From an uncultured bacterium (GTDB taxonomy: Bacteria > Zixibacteria > MSB-5A5 > UBA10806): a stretch of DNA of 64,000 nt. Positions 55,212 to 64,000 of the stretch are shown one piece after another. The position numbers were made by a program, and so were the translations under genes. The DNA is taken from assembly GCA_965541585.1 (NCBI GenBank), contig CBEUCH010000008.1, forward strand, positions 98,633 to 162,632, given 5' to 3'. The notes under the pieces are model-generated. The model was given only the letters and a program-made list of their open reading frames with translations. It did not search any database and was not told where the DNA came from. Each line of letters opens with the position of its first letter. Within the stretch, counting starts at the first letter, position 1.

Positions 55212-58109
55212 ATGGCGAAAAAGCCACAAAAAGAGATCTTTATGAGCTTTCCCGCTGAGGAGGGACAGCTCGAGGATATCCGCAAAAGCATCCAGAATGT
55301 ATTATCCGAGTCGGATCTCTCTACCAAGGATATAAACAGCGTACTTCTGGGTATCGAGGAAGCCTGCACTAACGTAATCCGGCATGCTTATCTTTATGGC
55401 CCTGGCACGCTCAGGATCAAGGTAGCGTTCCATCCGGGGCGCGTGGTTTTCTCTATTTTCGATAAGGGTCGCCGGTTCGATTATGACCATTCGGAGACCC
55501 CGGATCTCGATCGCTACATAAAAACCGGCCGAAAAGGCGGGCTGGGACTCTATCTGATTCGCAAAATGATGGACACGGTGGAGTATTATTCCCGCGAAGG
55601 CGAAAACGAGCTCCGGATGGAGAAACTAGCTGATAAGGCTACGGCCAGAACCGTCCGGCCCCGCGGGGTTTCTATCAGGGTCAAATTCGCTCTCTGGGCT
55701 TCTCTGGTGGTATTCGCCATCGTGGCCAGCGTATTTCTATATCTCGACAATAGGGTAGCTGATGGCGCTTATGCGGCCTTTTTCCGAGGCGCTTCGGACG
55801 TTATGAATTCGTTTGTATCGGATACCGGCGATAAAATAGTCTCAAGAGACCTCGACCTTTCTAAGTCAGCCTCCAGATGGCTCTCGGCCAATACTGATCA
55901 GTTTTCATATATTCTTGTGACCGATACCTCGGATATTATTATTGCAGATCCCGGGAACCCCAAGAATTTTCTAACGGAATATACTGCACTGACAGGTTCA
56001 TATTATAACAACGATCTTGCAGTTGAGGACTCCATCGGACAACGGAATTTTCATTACAAAATGGCCGTCAGGCTCAACAATAGTATAGTCGGATACGTCT
56101 ATTTCGGCCTGAAGGAAGCCCCGTTGAGAGCGGAGGTTTCGCATGCCAGAAGAGGGCTTTTTCTCATAGCCATCGCGGGACTTGTTGCCGGATTTATCGC
56201 TGTGTTTATGCTCTCTAACTACTTTGTGAAACCGATACAGAAACTCACGGAGGGTGTCCTGCGCATAGGGGACGGCAATCTGGATCGCTCCCTGCCCGTT
56301 GAAGGCACCGACGAATTCTCGGAGATCGCAAGGGCTTTTAACGAAATCACTTTGAAATTCAAAAAAGCCCAGGAGAACGTGGTTGAGCAGGAACGGCTCC
56401 AGAAAGAGATGCAGGTTGCCCAGGAAATTCAACATGCGCTTCTGCCCCGGAGGTTTCCCGAGATCGAGGGATATGATATTGCCACGATCTACCGGGCAGC
56501 GAAAGATGTCGGCGGCGATTATTTCGATTTTGTTCAGATCGACGAGGATACGCTGGGGATTATAGTGGCCGACGTTTCCGGAAAAGGGGTGCCCGGTTCG
56601 CTGGTTATGACCATGATCCGGACCGCCCTCCGCCTCGAGGCCAGGGGAAACCTTTCTCCCGCAGACATCCTCGGCAACGTCAATCACTTCGTTACAGATG
56701 ATGTCAAAAAGGGAATGTTTATCACCATATTTCTCATTACTCTTAACTCCAAGAATAGAACTATCTCATATGTTTCCGCCGGGCACAACCCGATGATCCT
56801 GTATAGAAAAGATTCCGATGCTTGCTATTTCCTGAATACAAGAGGCATGCCCCTGGGAATCAGCTTGCCGGAGGGGGTTACTTTCGAGAAATCGCTTCAG
56901 GCCGATAGGGTGAAACTTAAAAAGGATGATATGCTGATTATCTATACCGATGGCATCACCGAGGCTATGAATAAGCCGGGCGCTCAATATGGAAACGACC
57001 GACTGATCGAATTTATTAAGAAGAACACCGAACTTTCCCCCGAGGAGTTCGCTAAGAAACTCGATGATGATATAAACAGATTTACCGCCGGCGCCCCTCA
57101 AAATGATGATATCACCCTGGTAGTCGTTAAAGAAAAGATTATGCTTGATGAGCTGGTATTTGAAAAGAGGAAGCGACTTATCGAGATGGTCGAGCATGAA
57201 GGAGTTCCTTTGGATGAAGCCTGCAAGCAGATGGACGTATCGACGTCCACTTTTTATAAATATCGCCGCCGCTGGCAGAAACTGGGCGACGCCGGATTGC
57301 TCAACAAGAAGCTTCGAGCCGAATCGGTGATGAGGCAGATCCCTTATGAGGTCCGCAAAGAAATCTTAAATATCGTTCGCGAGAATCCCGGGTACGGTGC
57401 CAAGCGCATTATGAGCGAACTCGCCGGAAGGGATTTCCGGGAGATCGAATATCGAGGGATCTACGAAGAGTTGGTTCGAATGCGACTCAATACTAAGAAA
57501 CTAAGACTTGAGTATGTAAGCAGAGTGGGGAGCCTCACCCCGGAACTGCGTGCGGAACTGGATAAGGAAATTCTCCGTGAGAGGAAGAAAAAGAGTGAAT
57601 TCGATCGCGAGGGCTATGTTGAAGATATAAAGAAAAGCATCGTGGAGAAGGATGTTGAGGCCAAACAACCCGCTGCTGATATCCTGCGAAAATTACAGGA
57701 TCTGGAACCTGCACTGGGAGACACCGGCCTCTACGGAGAGATAGCCGCCGAACTCGGCAAACTAAGCGGCGGGAAAGACATCGCCATGCTTTTTGAGAAG
57801 ATGATACTCAGGATGGCCCAGATAAGAAAAGCCGAGGCTGACAGAAAATCGCAAGATCCTCTCATTTCTAAGCCCGGGCGCGTTGAGGTTCCTGGGGACG
57901 ATCCGAATATTGATATGACCGTAGATTCAATAGAAAAGAAGCTGGAGGCCCCTGCGGACGATCTTGACTTTCCCACTATCGATGATAATACGGCTCCAAT
58001 TGATGTGGTGGATGCCGCTTCCCATATCGAAAACGACGATGCAAAAAAGGAAAATATCGATTGGGAAAAATATGGCAAAAAACTTTATGAGAAATTCAAC
58101 AAGAAATGA
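55212..58109 (+). CDS. Fusion protein: RsbW-like Ser/Thr kinase, TM-periplasmic sensor-TM, HAMP, SpoIIE/PP2C phosphatase, tandem HTH, acidic tail
   Basis: EEACTNVIRHAY, FDKGRRFD, GGLGLYLIRKMMD; HAMP KPIQKL...DEFSEIARAFN; VGGDYFD, ADVSGKG, SAGHNP, YTDGITEA, DDITL; EACKQMDVSTSTFYKYRRRW. Confidence 0.9.
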   Translation: MAKKPQKEIFMSFPAEEGQLEDIRKSIQNVLSESDLSTKDINSVLLGIEEACTNVIRHAYLYGPGTLRIKVAFHPGRVVFSIFDKGRRFDYDHSETPDLDRYIKTGRKGGLGLYLIRKMMDTVEYYSREGENELRMEKLADKATARTVRPRGVSIRVKFALWASLVVFAIVASVFLYLDNRVADGAYAAFFRGASDVMNSFVSDTGDKIVSRDLDLSKSASRWLSANTDQFSYILVTDTSDIIIADPGNPKNFLTEYTALTGSYYNNDLAVEDSIGQRNFHYKMAVRLNNSIVGYVYFGLKEAPLRAEVSHARRGLFLIAIAGLVAGFIAVFMLSNYFVKPIQKLTEGVLRIGDGNLDRSLPVEGTDEFSEIARAFNEITLKFKKAQENVVEQERLQKEMQVAQEIQHALLPRRFPEIEGYDIATIYRAAKDVGGDYFDFVQIDEDTLGIIVADVSGKGVPGSLVMTMIRTALRLEARGNLSPADILGNVNHFVTDDVKKGMFITIFLITLNSKNRTISYVSAGHNPMILYRKDSDACYFLNTRGMPLGISLPEGVTFEKSLQADRVKLKKDDMLIIYTDGITEAMNKPGAQYGNDRLIEFIKKNTELSPEEFAKKLDDDINRFTAGAPQNDDITLVVVKEKIMLDELVFEKRKRLIEMVEHEGVPLDEACKQMDVSTSTFYKYRRRWQKLGDAGLLNKKLRAESVMRQIPYEVRKEILNIVRENPGYGAKRIMSELAGRDFREIEYRGIYEELVRMRLNTKKLRLEYVSRVGSLTPELRAELDKEILRERKKKSEFDREGYVEDIKKSIVEKDVEAKQPAADILRKLQDLEPALGDTGLYGEIAAELGKLSGGKDIAMLFEKMILRMAQIRKAEADRKSQDPLISKPGRVEVPGDDPNIDMTVDSIEKKLEAPADDLDFPTIDDNTAPIDVVDAASHIENDDAKKENIDWEKYGKKLYEKFNKK

Positions 58110-58864
58110 TTAAGCTGGCAGTGCTGACATCAAAGGGCGGGACGGGAAAGACGACAACCGCCATAAACCTCGGACATGGCCTGGCGCTCTCGGGACATAG
58201 GGTTCTCATTGTCGATTGTGATCCGCAGGGATCGGCCACATCGGCGTTCGGAGTCAAATCCGAGAAAGGTCTCGTCGACCTCCTGATCGAGGGTCGGGCG
58301 GATATATACAAAATAAGGCCCGAGCTGTATCTTCTGCCATCCGGGAAGAAGCGGCTTGCAGACCTCGAGATAATGATGGCCTCCCGGGCCGACCGCTATC
58401 AGATATTAAAAAATGCCCTTCATCGTCTCTCAGGATGCGATTGGGTAATTCTGGACTGCTCTCCCTCGATAAATATTATTAATCTCAACGCACTAGGATT
58501 TGCCGACTACCTGCTGGTTCCTTCTTCTCTGGATTATTTCTCGCTGGAGGGGGTCAGGACAACCCTTGAGATAACGGGCGAGGTGAACAACGGGGGAAAT
58601 GGCAATATTGAGATTCTCGGCATTCTGCCGACATTTTATGATAGAAGGACGGTTATATCGCGGCTGGCTCTGGAGAGTCTCCGCAGCGAATATGGAAGTC
58701 TGATTTTAAAAACGGAAATCAGGACCAACGCCCAGATTCGGAGGTCGCAATGGTATCAGAAGACTATATTCGAATATGCCCCCTATTCTTATGGGGCTTT
58801 CGACTATTTCAATCTGGCCAAGGAGGTCCTGGAGAGAGTGCGAGGTCAAAAGCGACATGAATGA
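58106..58864 (+). CDS. ParA/Soj family ATPase (orphan)
   Basis: Deviant Walker A KGGTGKTT, DCDPQG, ILDCSPS, PTFYDRRT; no parB nearby. Confidence 0.9.
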   Translation: MIKLAVLTSKGGTGKTTTAINLGHGLALSGHRVLIVDCDPQGSATSAFGVKSEKGLVDLLIEGRADIYKIRPELYLLPSGKKRLADLEIMMASRADRYQILKNALHRLSGCDWVILDCSPSINIINLNALGFADYLLVPSSLDYFSLEGVRTTLEITGEVNNGGNGNIEILGILPTFYDRRTVISRLALESLRSEYGSLILKTEIRTNAQIRRSQWYQKTIFEYAPYSYGAFDYFNLAKEVLERVRGQKRHE

Positions 58865-59588
58865 TATCAAAATATCCCTGGATAGTTCGGGAATTGCATC
58901 GGCAGTTTCGGTGGTTCGAGTTGACGGTGTTGTGGATACCATGACGGCCACTGAATTGGAAAAAGTTATGAATTCGTTGCTGGATCGTGGAAAATACAAA
59001 ATTATAATCGATCTCGGTGGCGTCGATTACATATCATCGGCCGGCTGGGGTATATTCATTTCCAACATTCGCGAGATAAGACAGCATTCCGGCGATATCA
59101 AGTTGGCCAGAATGATTCCCAACGTGTATGAAATATTCGAGCTTCTGGAATTCGATTCCATCCTTCGTGCTTTCGATAGCATCGAAAAGGCCAGGGGCGA
59201 TTTCGAGGAAGACAGATACGATACAGCTGCTGTCGGCTCCCCGACGCCGGTTGAGGTCGGAGTCGCCGCAAAGCAGAGCATTACGGGTGAACCACCTCCC
59301 GGACCAGCTGTCGATTCGGCCTCAGAGAAAATAGTGGTTGGTGAACCCGGAGATCAAGAGAAGGTGGAAGGGATCGAGAGCGCGCCACGGAACGTGGAAA
59401 CCATGGTCCTGGAGATGATAGCAAAAGACCCCTTTTATACGGTTTCGGAGATTAAAAGAGAGGTGGAAAGGAAGTATCAGCGGTCTGGGGTGGGATGGTG
59501 GAAGATCTGGAATATATTGAGACGAAACGGCCTCCTCAGCAAGAAAAGCCGCTATCGCAGAGCTCGGAATAGGGCCAGGGATCTGTAA
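58857..59588 (+). CDS. STAS anti-anti-sigma (RsbV-like) domain with C-terminal HTH
   Basis: GAGGT RBS and ATG at 58857; DLGGVDYISSAGWG phospho-Ser motif; Pro/Ala-rich linker; DPFYTVSEIK...VGWWKIWNILRRNGL. Confidence 0.88.
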   Translation: MNDIKISLDSSGIASAVSVVRVDGVVDTMTATELEKVMNSLLDRGKYKIIIDLGGVDYISSAGWGIFISNIREIRQHSGDIKLARMIPNVYEIFELLEFDSILRAFDSIEKARGDFEEDRYDTAAVGSPTPVEVGVAAKQSITGEPPPGPAVDSASEKIVVGEPGDQEKVEGIESAPRNVETMVLEMIAKDPFYTVSEIKREVERKYQRSGVGWWKIWNILRRNGLLSKKSRYRRARNRARDL

Positions 59589-59590
59589 TA

Positions 59591-61399
59591 ATGATTAAGC
59601 CTCCTCCGGCGCGGCCATACGTTTTAGCGCTGATGATACTGGGAGCTTTATTTATCGCAGTATTTTTTATCTCGGATTCAGAATGGACGACTATAGGTAT
59701 CGGAGGCATCATCCTGATAGCCTCGACTATCGTTGGCCTTGCTTATTTGAGATCCATCCGCAATGCCCGTCTCATTTCCAGCCTGTATGAATCCGAGAGC
59801 TCCCGCGAAAAATCAATCGCCATCGGAATTCTTGCTGAAATCCTGGCAGAAAGTCCGGCCACAGGGTCCCGGTTGGCCAGGGTGGCCGAGTTGATCTGCG
59901 GCAGGTTCGGGCTCGGGAAATTGGCCATATTCTTCCAGGATGGCGATAAATTCAAGCCGAAGATTTATTTCAATATACCCGCGGCCATATTAAACCGTCC
60001 CAGGACTTACCGACTGCATTACCTGTTCAAAGAAATCAATGCTGCCGGTGAGCTATCCGCCGAGGATAGCATCCGGAGATTGTTGCTTAAGAAAAACAAC
60101 CAGGAGATTCTGGAACCATTGGTTACGTTCCGCTATAGGTGGGGACGCTCACGCTCAATGATTCTTATCGCCGAGGATGAAAAGGGCTTTTTTGCCGACG
60201 CTTTGAATGACCAGGAATTCAATAGATTGTTCTGGCCGGTGCTGGACAATCACGTCAGGCAAGGTGCAAGACTGACGGATAACATTTCGGATACGAAGCG
60301 GATGAGAAACGATCTTTCACAGGCCAAACGGGAGATACTGGATCTCAATAAGGAACTCAACAAAAAGCTTTTCGACCTGCAATCTTACGTGAAGATTTCC
60401 AGCGATCTATATTCTCATTTCAACGAGGAACAACTGTTCGAGTCCTTAATAAAGGCCGTCTGTGTCCAGGTCGGAGCGAGGGGAGCGGATGTCATGCATC
60501 CCACGGACAATGGCAAATTTGTTACCCGGTCTGCCGAGGGATTGCCGGATCTGGTTCTGGATTCCAGTTCCAAGCTTCTCGCATTGCTTGAGAAGAGCGG
60601 CAAGCCGCTTCTGTTGCCAGTTGTAGGTTCCGGAATGAGAAGAAACGAGCCTTTCCTGAGGGCCGCCATCGGACGGGGCTACGAGGTAGCCATGGCTATC
60701 AGAGCTGAAAATAGAACCGGTTGCGTATTGATTGTCCGCGAAAAAATCGATAAGGGCCAGTATTCAGATTCGAATCTGGATTTCTTATCCATCGTATCAA
60801 ACATAGCTTCTCTGGCGCTCGAAAACATACGTCAATACTCTACTATCGAAAAGCTATCTTATACCGACAGCATGACCGGGGTTTTCAACTACAGGTATTT
60901 TTATAAGCGCCTGAATGAGGAGATACTCAGGGCTAAAAGGTACGGCCGCGATCTTGCCCTGGTAATCCTGGATATAGATAATTTTAAGCTTTTTAACGAT
61001 AACTATGGACATCAGACCGGCGATTTTGTATTAAAGCGTCTGGCGGAGATAATCTCCAGGACGGTACGGTCTATCGATATCGTCAGCAGATACGGGGGGG
61101 AGGAGTTTTGCATTATAATGCCTGACACTAACGCCGCCAGTTGCGAGGTTTTCATAGAGAGGCTGAGATCTGAAATTGCGCAATTTAAATTGGAATCGGA
61201 TATTCTGAAAAGGGATAATGTCATCACTGTTTCGGTGGGAGGTGCTGTTTACCCGCAGCACGCCTCCACGCCGGATAGAATCATCTACTGTGCGGATATG
61301 GCCCTTTTGAAGGCCAAGGCGCTGGGACGAAACCGGGCGATTATGTGCCAGCCCGAATTTATAGATAAAAAAGAATCCTCCATCGGGGGTCATGAATGA
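59591..61399 (+). CDS. Membrane-anchored GAF-GGDEF diguanylate cyclase
   Basis: Two N-terminal TM, coiled coil, GAF-like region; DSMTG, DIDNFK..ND.YGH, I-site RSID, GGEEF. Confidence 0.93.
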   Translation: MIKPPPARPYVLALMILGALFIAVFFISDSEWTTIGIGGIILIASTIVGLAYLRSIRNARLISSLYESESSREKSIAIGILAEILAESPATGSRLARVAELICGRFGLGKLAIFFQDGDKFKPKIYFNIPAAILNRPRTYRLHYLFKEINAAGELSAEDSIRRLLLKKNNQEILEPLVTFRYRWGRSRSMILIAEDEKGFFADALNDQEFNRLFWPVLDNHVRQGARLTDNISDTKRMRNDLSQAKREILDLNKELNKKLFDLQSYVKISSDLYSHFNEEQLFESLIKAVCVQVGARGADVMHPTDNGKFVTRSAEGLPDLVLDSSSKLLALLEKSGKPLLLPVVGSGMRRNEPFLRAAIGRGYEVAMAIRAENRTGCVLIVREKIDKGQYSDSNLDFLSIVSNIASLALENIRQYSTIEKLSYTDSMTGVFNYRYFYKRLNEEILRAKRYGRDLALVILDIDNFKLFNDNYGHQTGDFVLKRLAEIISRTVRSIDIVSRYGGEEFCIIMPDTNAASCEVFIERLRSEIAQFKLESDILKRDNVITVSVGGAVYPQHASTPDRIIYCADMALLKAKALGRNRAIMCQPEFIDKKESSIGGHE

Positions 61400-62403
61400 G
61401 AGATGGCAAATACAGGTATTTAGGGCCAGCTACCCTGATAAATGTGATGCGTACGCTGACTATGCTGATTCTCTGGTCGGCGCTTTCGACCGGTCTGATA
61501 TCGGCGCAGGATGATTCTGAAGCATATAATATCGGCTATACAGATGTTCTTTCCATAAGCTTCTGGCAGGAGCCCGCCCTCGACCGCGAAGTCAGGGTTG
61601 GTGAGGACGGCATGATCACATTGCCGGTTATAGGTACGATCAGGGCGGCTGGGCTGACGAGTACGGAATTAGCTAAGGACATCGTGGAGCAGATGACTTT
61701 TTATCAGAGTCCCATTTCACAGGCGACGGTCGTGGTAAGGGAATTCAATTCCCGGGCGGTGTTGGTTTCCGGTCAGGTTATGGAACCATCAAGGTTGAGC
61801 TATGAGAAAATCCCCGATCTATGGCGGATCATAATCGATGCCGGCGGCCCCACGGACCGGGCGGACCTCTCCCGCGTCAGGATAATAAGATCAGCCGATG
61901 GAGAATCGGATATCATCGATGTCGATCTTTACAGCATTATCAGAGACGGCGATATTTCCAGGGCGCCTCAGTTGCAGCCCGGCGACCTGGTCAATGTTCC
62001 GCTGGCCCCATTTGGTGTTTCGATGGAGCTGGGAGAGCGTCCGGATGCCAGAGGCAAGAACGTCTACTTCGTGCTGGGTAGCGTGGCCTCACCGGGCGTG
62101 AGGAACCTGGAAGCGGGTATGGACGTATTAGGTGCGATAGCCCTCGCTGGCGGAACGACACCCGAAGCCGATTTAAAAAATGTGCGAGTGGTAATGAAGG
62201 GATCCGCATACTCCAATATTGTGAGGATCGACTTGGAGGAGTATGTGGAAAACGGTTCTTCGCCGCGCTTTATTTTGCATGCTGAAGATACAATCGTCGT
62301 CCCGGCCAGGGAGGGGGGTATGTTTACGAAGGTGCTCAGCACATTGGGCGCCATCATGCCCTTTGTCACGGCCATAGGGACCATTATCTTACTGTCAAGA
62401 TAA
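61396..62403 (+). CDS. Polysaccharide export protein (Wza/OPX family, SLBB domains)
   Basis: YNIGYTDVLSI...DGMITLPVIGTI.AAGLT; two SLBB repeats (AGG.T..ADL..V); hydrophobic C-terminal helix. Confidence 0.9.
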   Translation: MRDGKYRYLGPATLINVMRTLTMLILWSALSTGLISAQDDSEAYNIGYTDVLSISFWQEPALDREVRVGEDGMITLPVIGTIRAAGLTSTELAKDIVEQMTFYQSPISQATVVVREFNSRAVLVSGQVMEPSRLSYEKIPDLWRIIIDAGGPTDRADLSRVRIIRSADGESDIIDVDLYSIIRDGDISRAPQLQPGDLVNVPLAPFGVSMELGERPDARGKNVYFVLGSVASPGVRNLEAGMDVLGAIALAGGTTPEADLKNVRVVMKGSAYSNIVRIDLEEYVENGSSPRFILHAEDTIVVPAREGGMFTKVLSTLGAIMPFVTAIGTIILLSR

Positions 62404-62408
62404 TCTGT

Positions 62409-63992
62409 ATGAACGAAGAGAAGACTCATATTGACCTGAAAGATTACTGGGGGATATTACTCAGGCGCAAGGCGCTATTGATATTGCCTTTGATAATCGT
62501 CCCCCTGGCTGCATTCGCCGCCAGCTTCTTTTTGCCGCGAACCTATATATCATCGGTTAACATATTGCTGGGTGAAGCGAAAATACTCCCCCCCACGGTT
62601 GAACAGCAGCTTGAGGGGAGGGCATCCTTCAATCGAACCTCGTTGCGTGACAGGCAAAGGTCACTATACGACCAGATAACATCAACCAAGTATCTGAAAC
62701 GCCTTATAGCCGTGCTGGATATTCCCGTGCCCGGCGGGATAAGGCAGGTGGCGGCTCAGATGAAGCAGCAATATCCGGAGATTTCTGAAAATGAACTCGC
62801 CGAGACCATCCTGGCCGACGGCCTGCGCGAGAACGCCTCGGTCAATTTGAAATCGAATAACTTAATAGAGATCGGCTTTTCCGCATCCGATCCCGTTGTC
62901 GCACAGAGAACGGCGAAGGCGTTAGCCGATATTTTTATCGAAGAGAGCCTGGCTAATGAACTTGCGGGAGTCAGATCCAATATCAGCTTTTCAGAGGAAC
63001 AGCTTGCCCTGTATCAGGAGAAACTGAAAACAGCCGAAGACAAACTCAGAGAATTTCGAAAGGAACTTCTCGTCACAGAGGCCGTTGAGGATACGACCGG
63101 TTACGATCTCAAGCAAATCGTCTCCGCCATTGATGCGCTCGACCTGGAGATCAAGTTGCAGGAGAGCAAGCTGCGGGATTTCAGGGGCCGGCTGATCGTC
63201 GAGGGTATCGACATAAATTCCATCGCCCTGCCCGATGATCTGCTGCCACAGAAGGATCGACTTCTAATTGCTATATCCTCTCTCACGGATCTGCTTACGC
63301 GGCATATCTGGAAGGACCCCAAGGTCTTGAATCTAAACGAAGAGACCAGAGGCCTTCTCTCCCTCATTAACAGCAATATCACCAGGTATGTGGCGGAGGA
63401 ATACGCCGATAGTCCGCCTCAGTTGCGTGAGAATATCTCGAGCTACCTTATCGAACATCTGGCTATTGAGTTCAATCGAGCTAAGAGAGCAACCCTTGAC
63501 CAGAGCATTGTCAATATCAAAAATAGGATTTTCAGAAACCCGGATACCGAAGTCACCATGCAGAGGCTCCAGAGCGAAATAGACAACTACAGAAACCTTT
63601 ACGACCTTTTCGTAACTCATGCTCAATACGCTGCCATAAACCAATCGGCAAAAAAGGTGGAGGCTGAAGGGAAATACCTGATCACCAAGCCGGCGTCCCT
63701 TCCTCTTGAACCGGAATCGCCCAACAAGAAAAGGCTGCTTTTTATGGGAATTATTCTGGGCCTGGCTCTGGGCGGCGGGGCTTTGTTGACCGTGGAGGTT
63801 CTGGATAATTCATTCAAGAAGGTGGAGGATGTCGAAAAGTATCTCGGCATCAAGGTCATAGGCACTATTCCCAGAATGGAACTTCCGTTTGGCTCGAACC
63901 TGAAAAGAAAGGTCCCGATTTTTGTGGGGGCCGGGATCAGTTTTCTGCTCGTGATCTGGATATTATTCCTGCAATTCAAAACGAGTGGATAG
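62409..63992 (+). CDS. Polysaccharide co-polymerase (Wzc/GumC/Wzz-like) without kinase domain
   Basis: IDLKDYWGILLRRK, TM1, long coiled coil, PASLPLEPESP before TM2, DVEKYLG..VIGTIP. Confidence 0.9.
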   Translation: MNEEKTHIDLKDYWGILLRRKALLILPLIIVPLAAFAASFFLPRTYISSVNILLGEAKILPPTVEQQLEGRASFNRTSLRDRQRSLYDQITSTKYLKRLIAVLDIPVPGGIRQVAAQMKQQYPEISENELAETILADGLRENASVNLKSNNLIEIGFSASDPVVAQRTAKALADIFIEESLANELAGVRSNISFSEEQLALYQEKLKTAEDKLREFRKELLVTEAVEDTTGYDLKQIVSAIDALDLEIKLQESKLRDFRGRLIVEGIDINSIALPDDLLPQKDRLLIAISSLTDLLTRHIWKDPKVLNLNEETRGLLSLINSNITRYVAEEYADSPPQLRENISSYLIEHLAIEFNRAKRATLDQSIVNIKNRIFRNPDTEVTMQRLQSEIDNYRNLYDLFVTHAQYAAINQSAKKVEAEGKYLITKPASLPLEPESPNKKRLLFMGIILGLALGGGALLTVEVLDNSFKKVEDVEKYLGIKVIGTIPRMELPFGSNLKRKVPIFVGAGISFLLVIWILFLQFKTSG

Positions 63993-64000
63993 CCAAATGC

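Noticed and set aside
57162..57510. Intact IS element inside the phosphatase gene
   Set aside because: No DDE catalytic domain, inverted repeats or target duplication seen, and the reading frame is continuous. Reported instead as a possibly domesticated domain.
58776..58856. Longer start for the STAS protein given in the ORF track
   Set aside because: It overlaps parA extensively; ATG 58857 has a GAGGT RBS and begins at the STAS domain boundary.

Overview
Gene-dense, moderately GC-rich bacterial chromosome segment, mostly + strand, from a diderm of the FCB group. Dockerin and cohesin-like modules, several FlgD/T9SS-like C-terminal sorting tails and a PorV-like barrel suggest Zixibacteria or a relative (inference). 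In order: a dockerin-tailed secreted protein followed by two stand-alone cohesin-like paralogs; a CPBP protease and a zinc-ribbon/PEGA/TPR membrane protein; three secreted peptidase-like enzymes (C45-like, M4/M36-like, M1); type IV pilus genes (PilW-like, FimT-like, pilMNO, AMIN-PilP fusion, pilQ); a long mixed housekeeping run (acyl-CoA synthetase, ManC, SPOR, TsaC, YwlE-like phosphatase, FTCD, PHP, metalloprotease, ECF S component, TonB-receptor-like barrel); a small retropepsin cassette; a candidate sRNA; and a sigma54 two-component system with a four-gene exported-protein operon. The most striking region is 47.4-64 kb. It holds a 1981-aa Ig-repeat adhesin and a PorV-TPR barrel, followed by a coupled operon encoding an RsbW-kinase/sensor/HAMP/PP2C-phosphatase/HTH fusion, an orphan ParA, a STAS-HTH protein, a GAF-GGDEF cyclase, Wza and a Wzc-like protein. 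This looks like a SypE/SypA-like partner-switching biofilm system whose regulators carry transposase-like DNA-binding domains. No rRNA, tRNA, CRISPR array or intact mobile element was recognised. All family calls come from reading motifs by eye, not from database searches.
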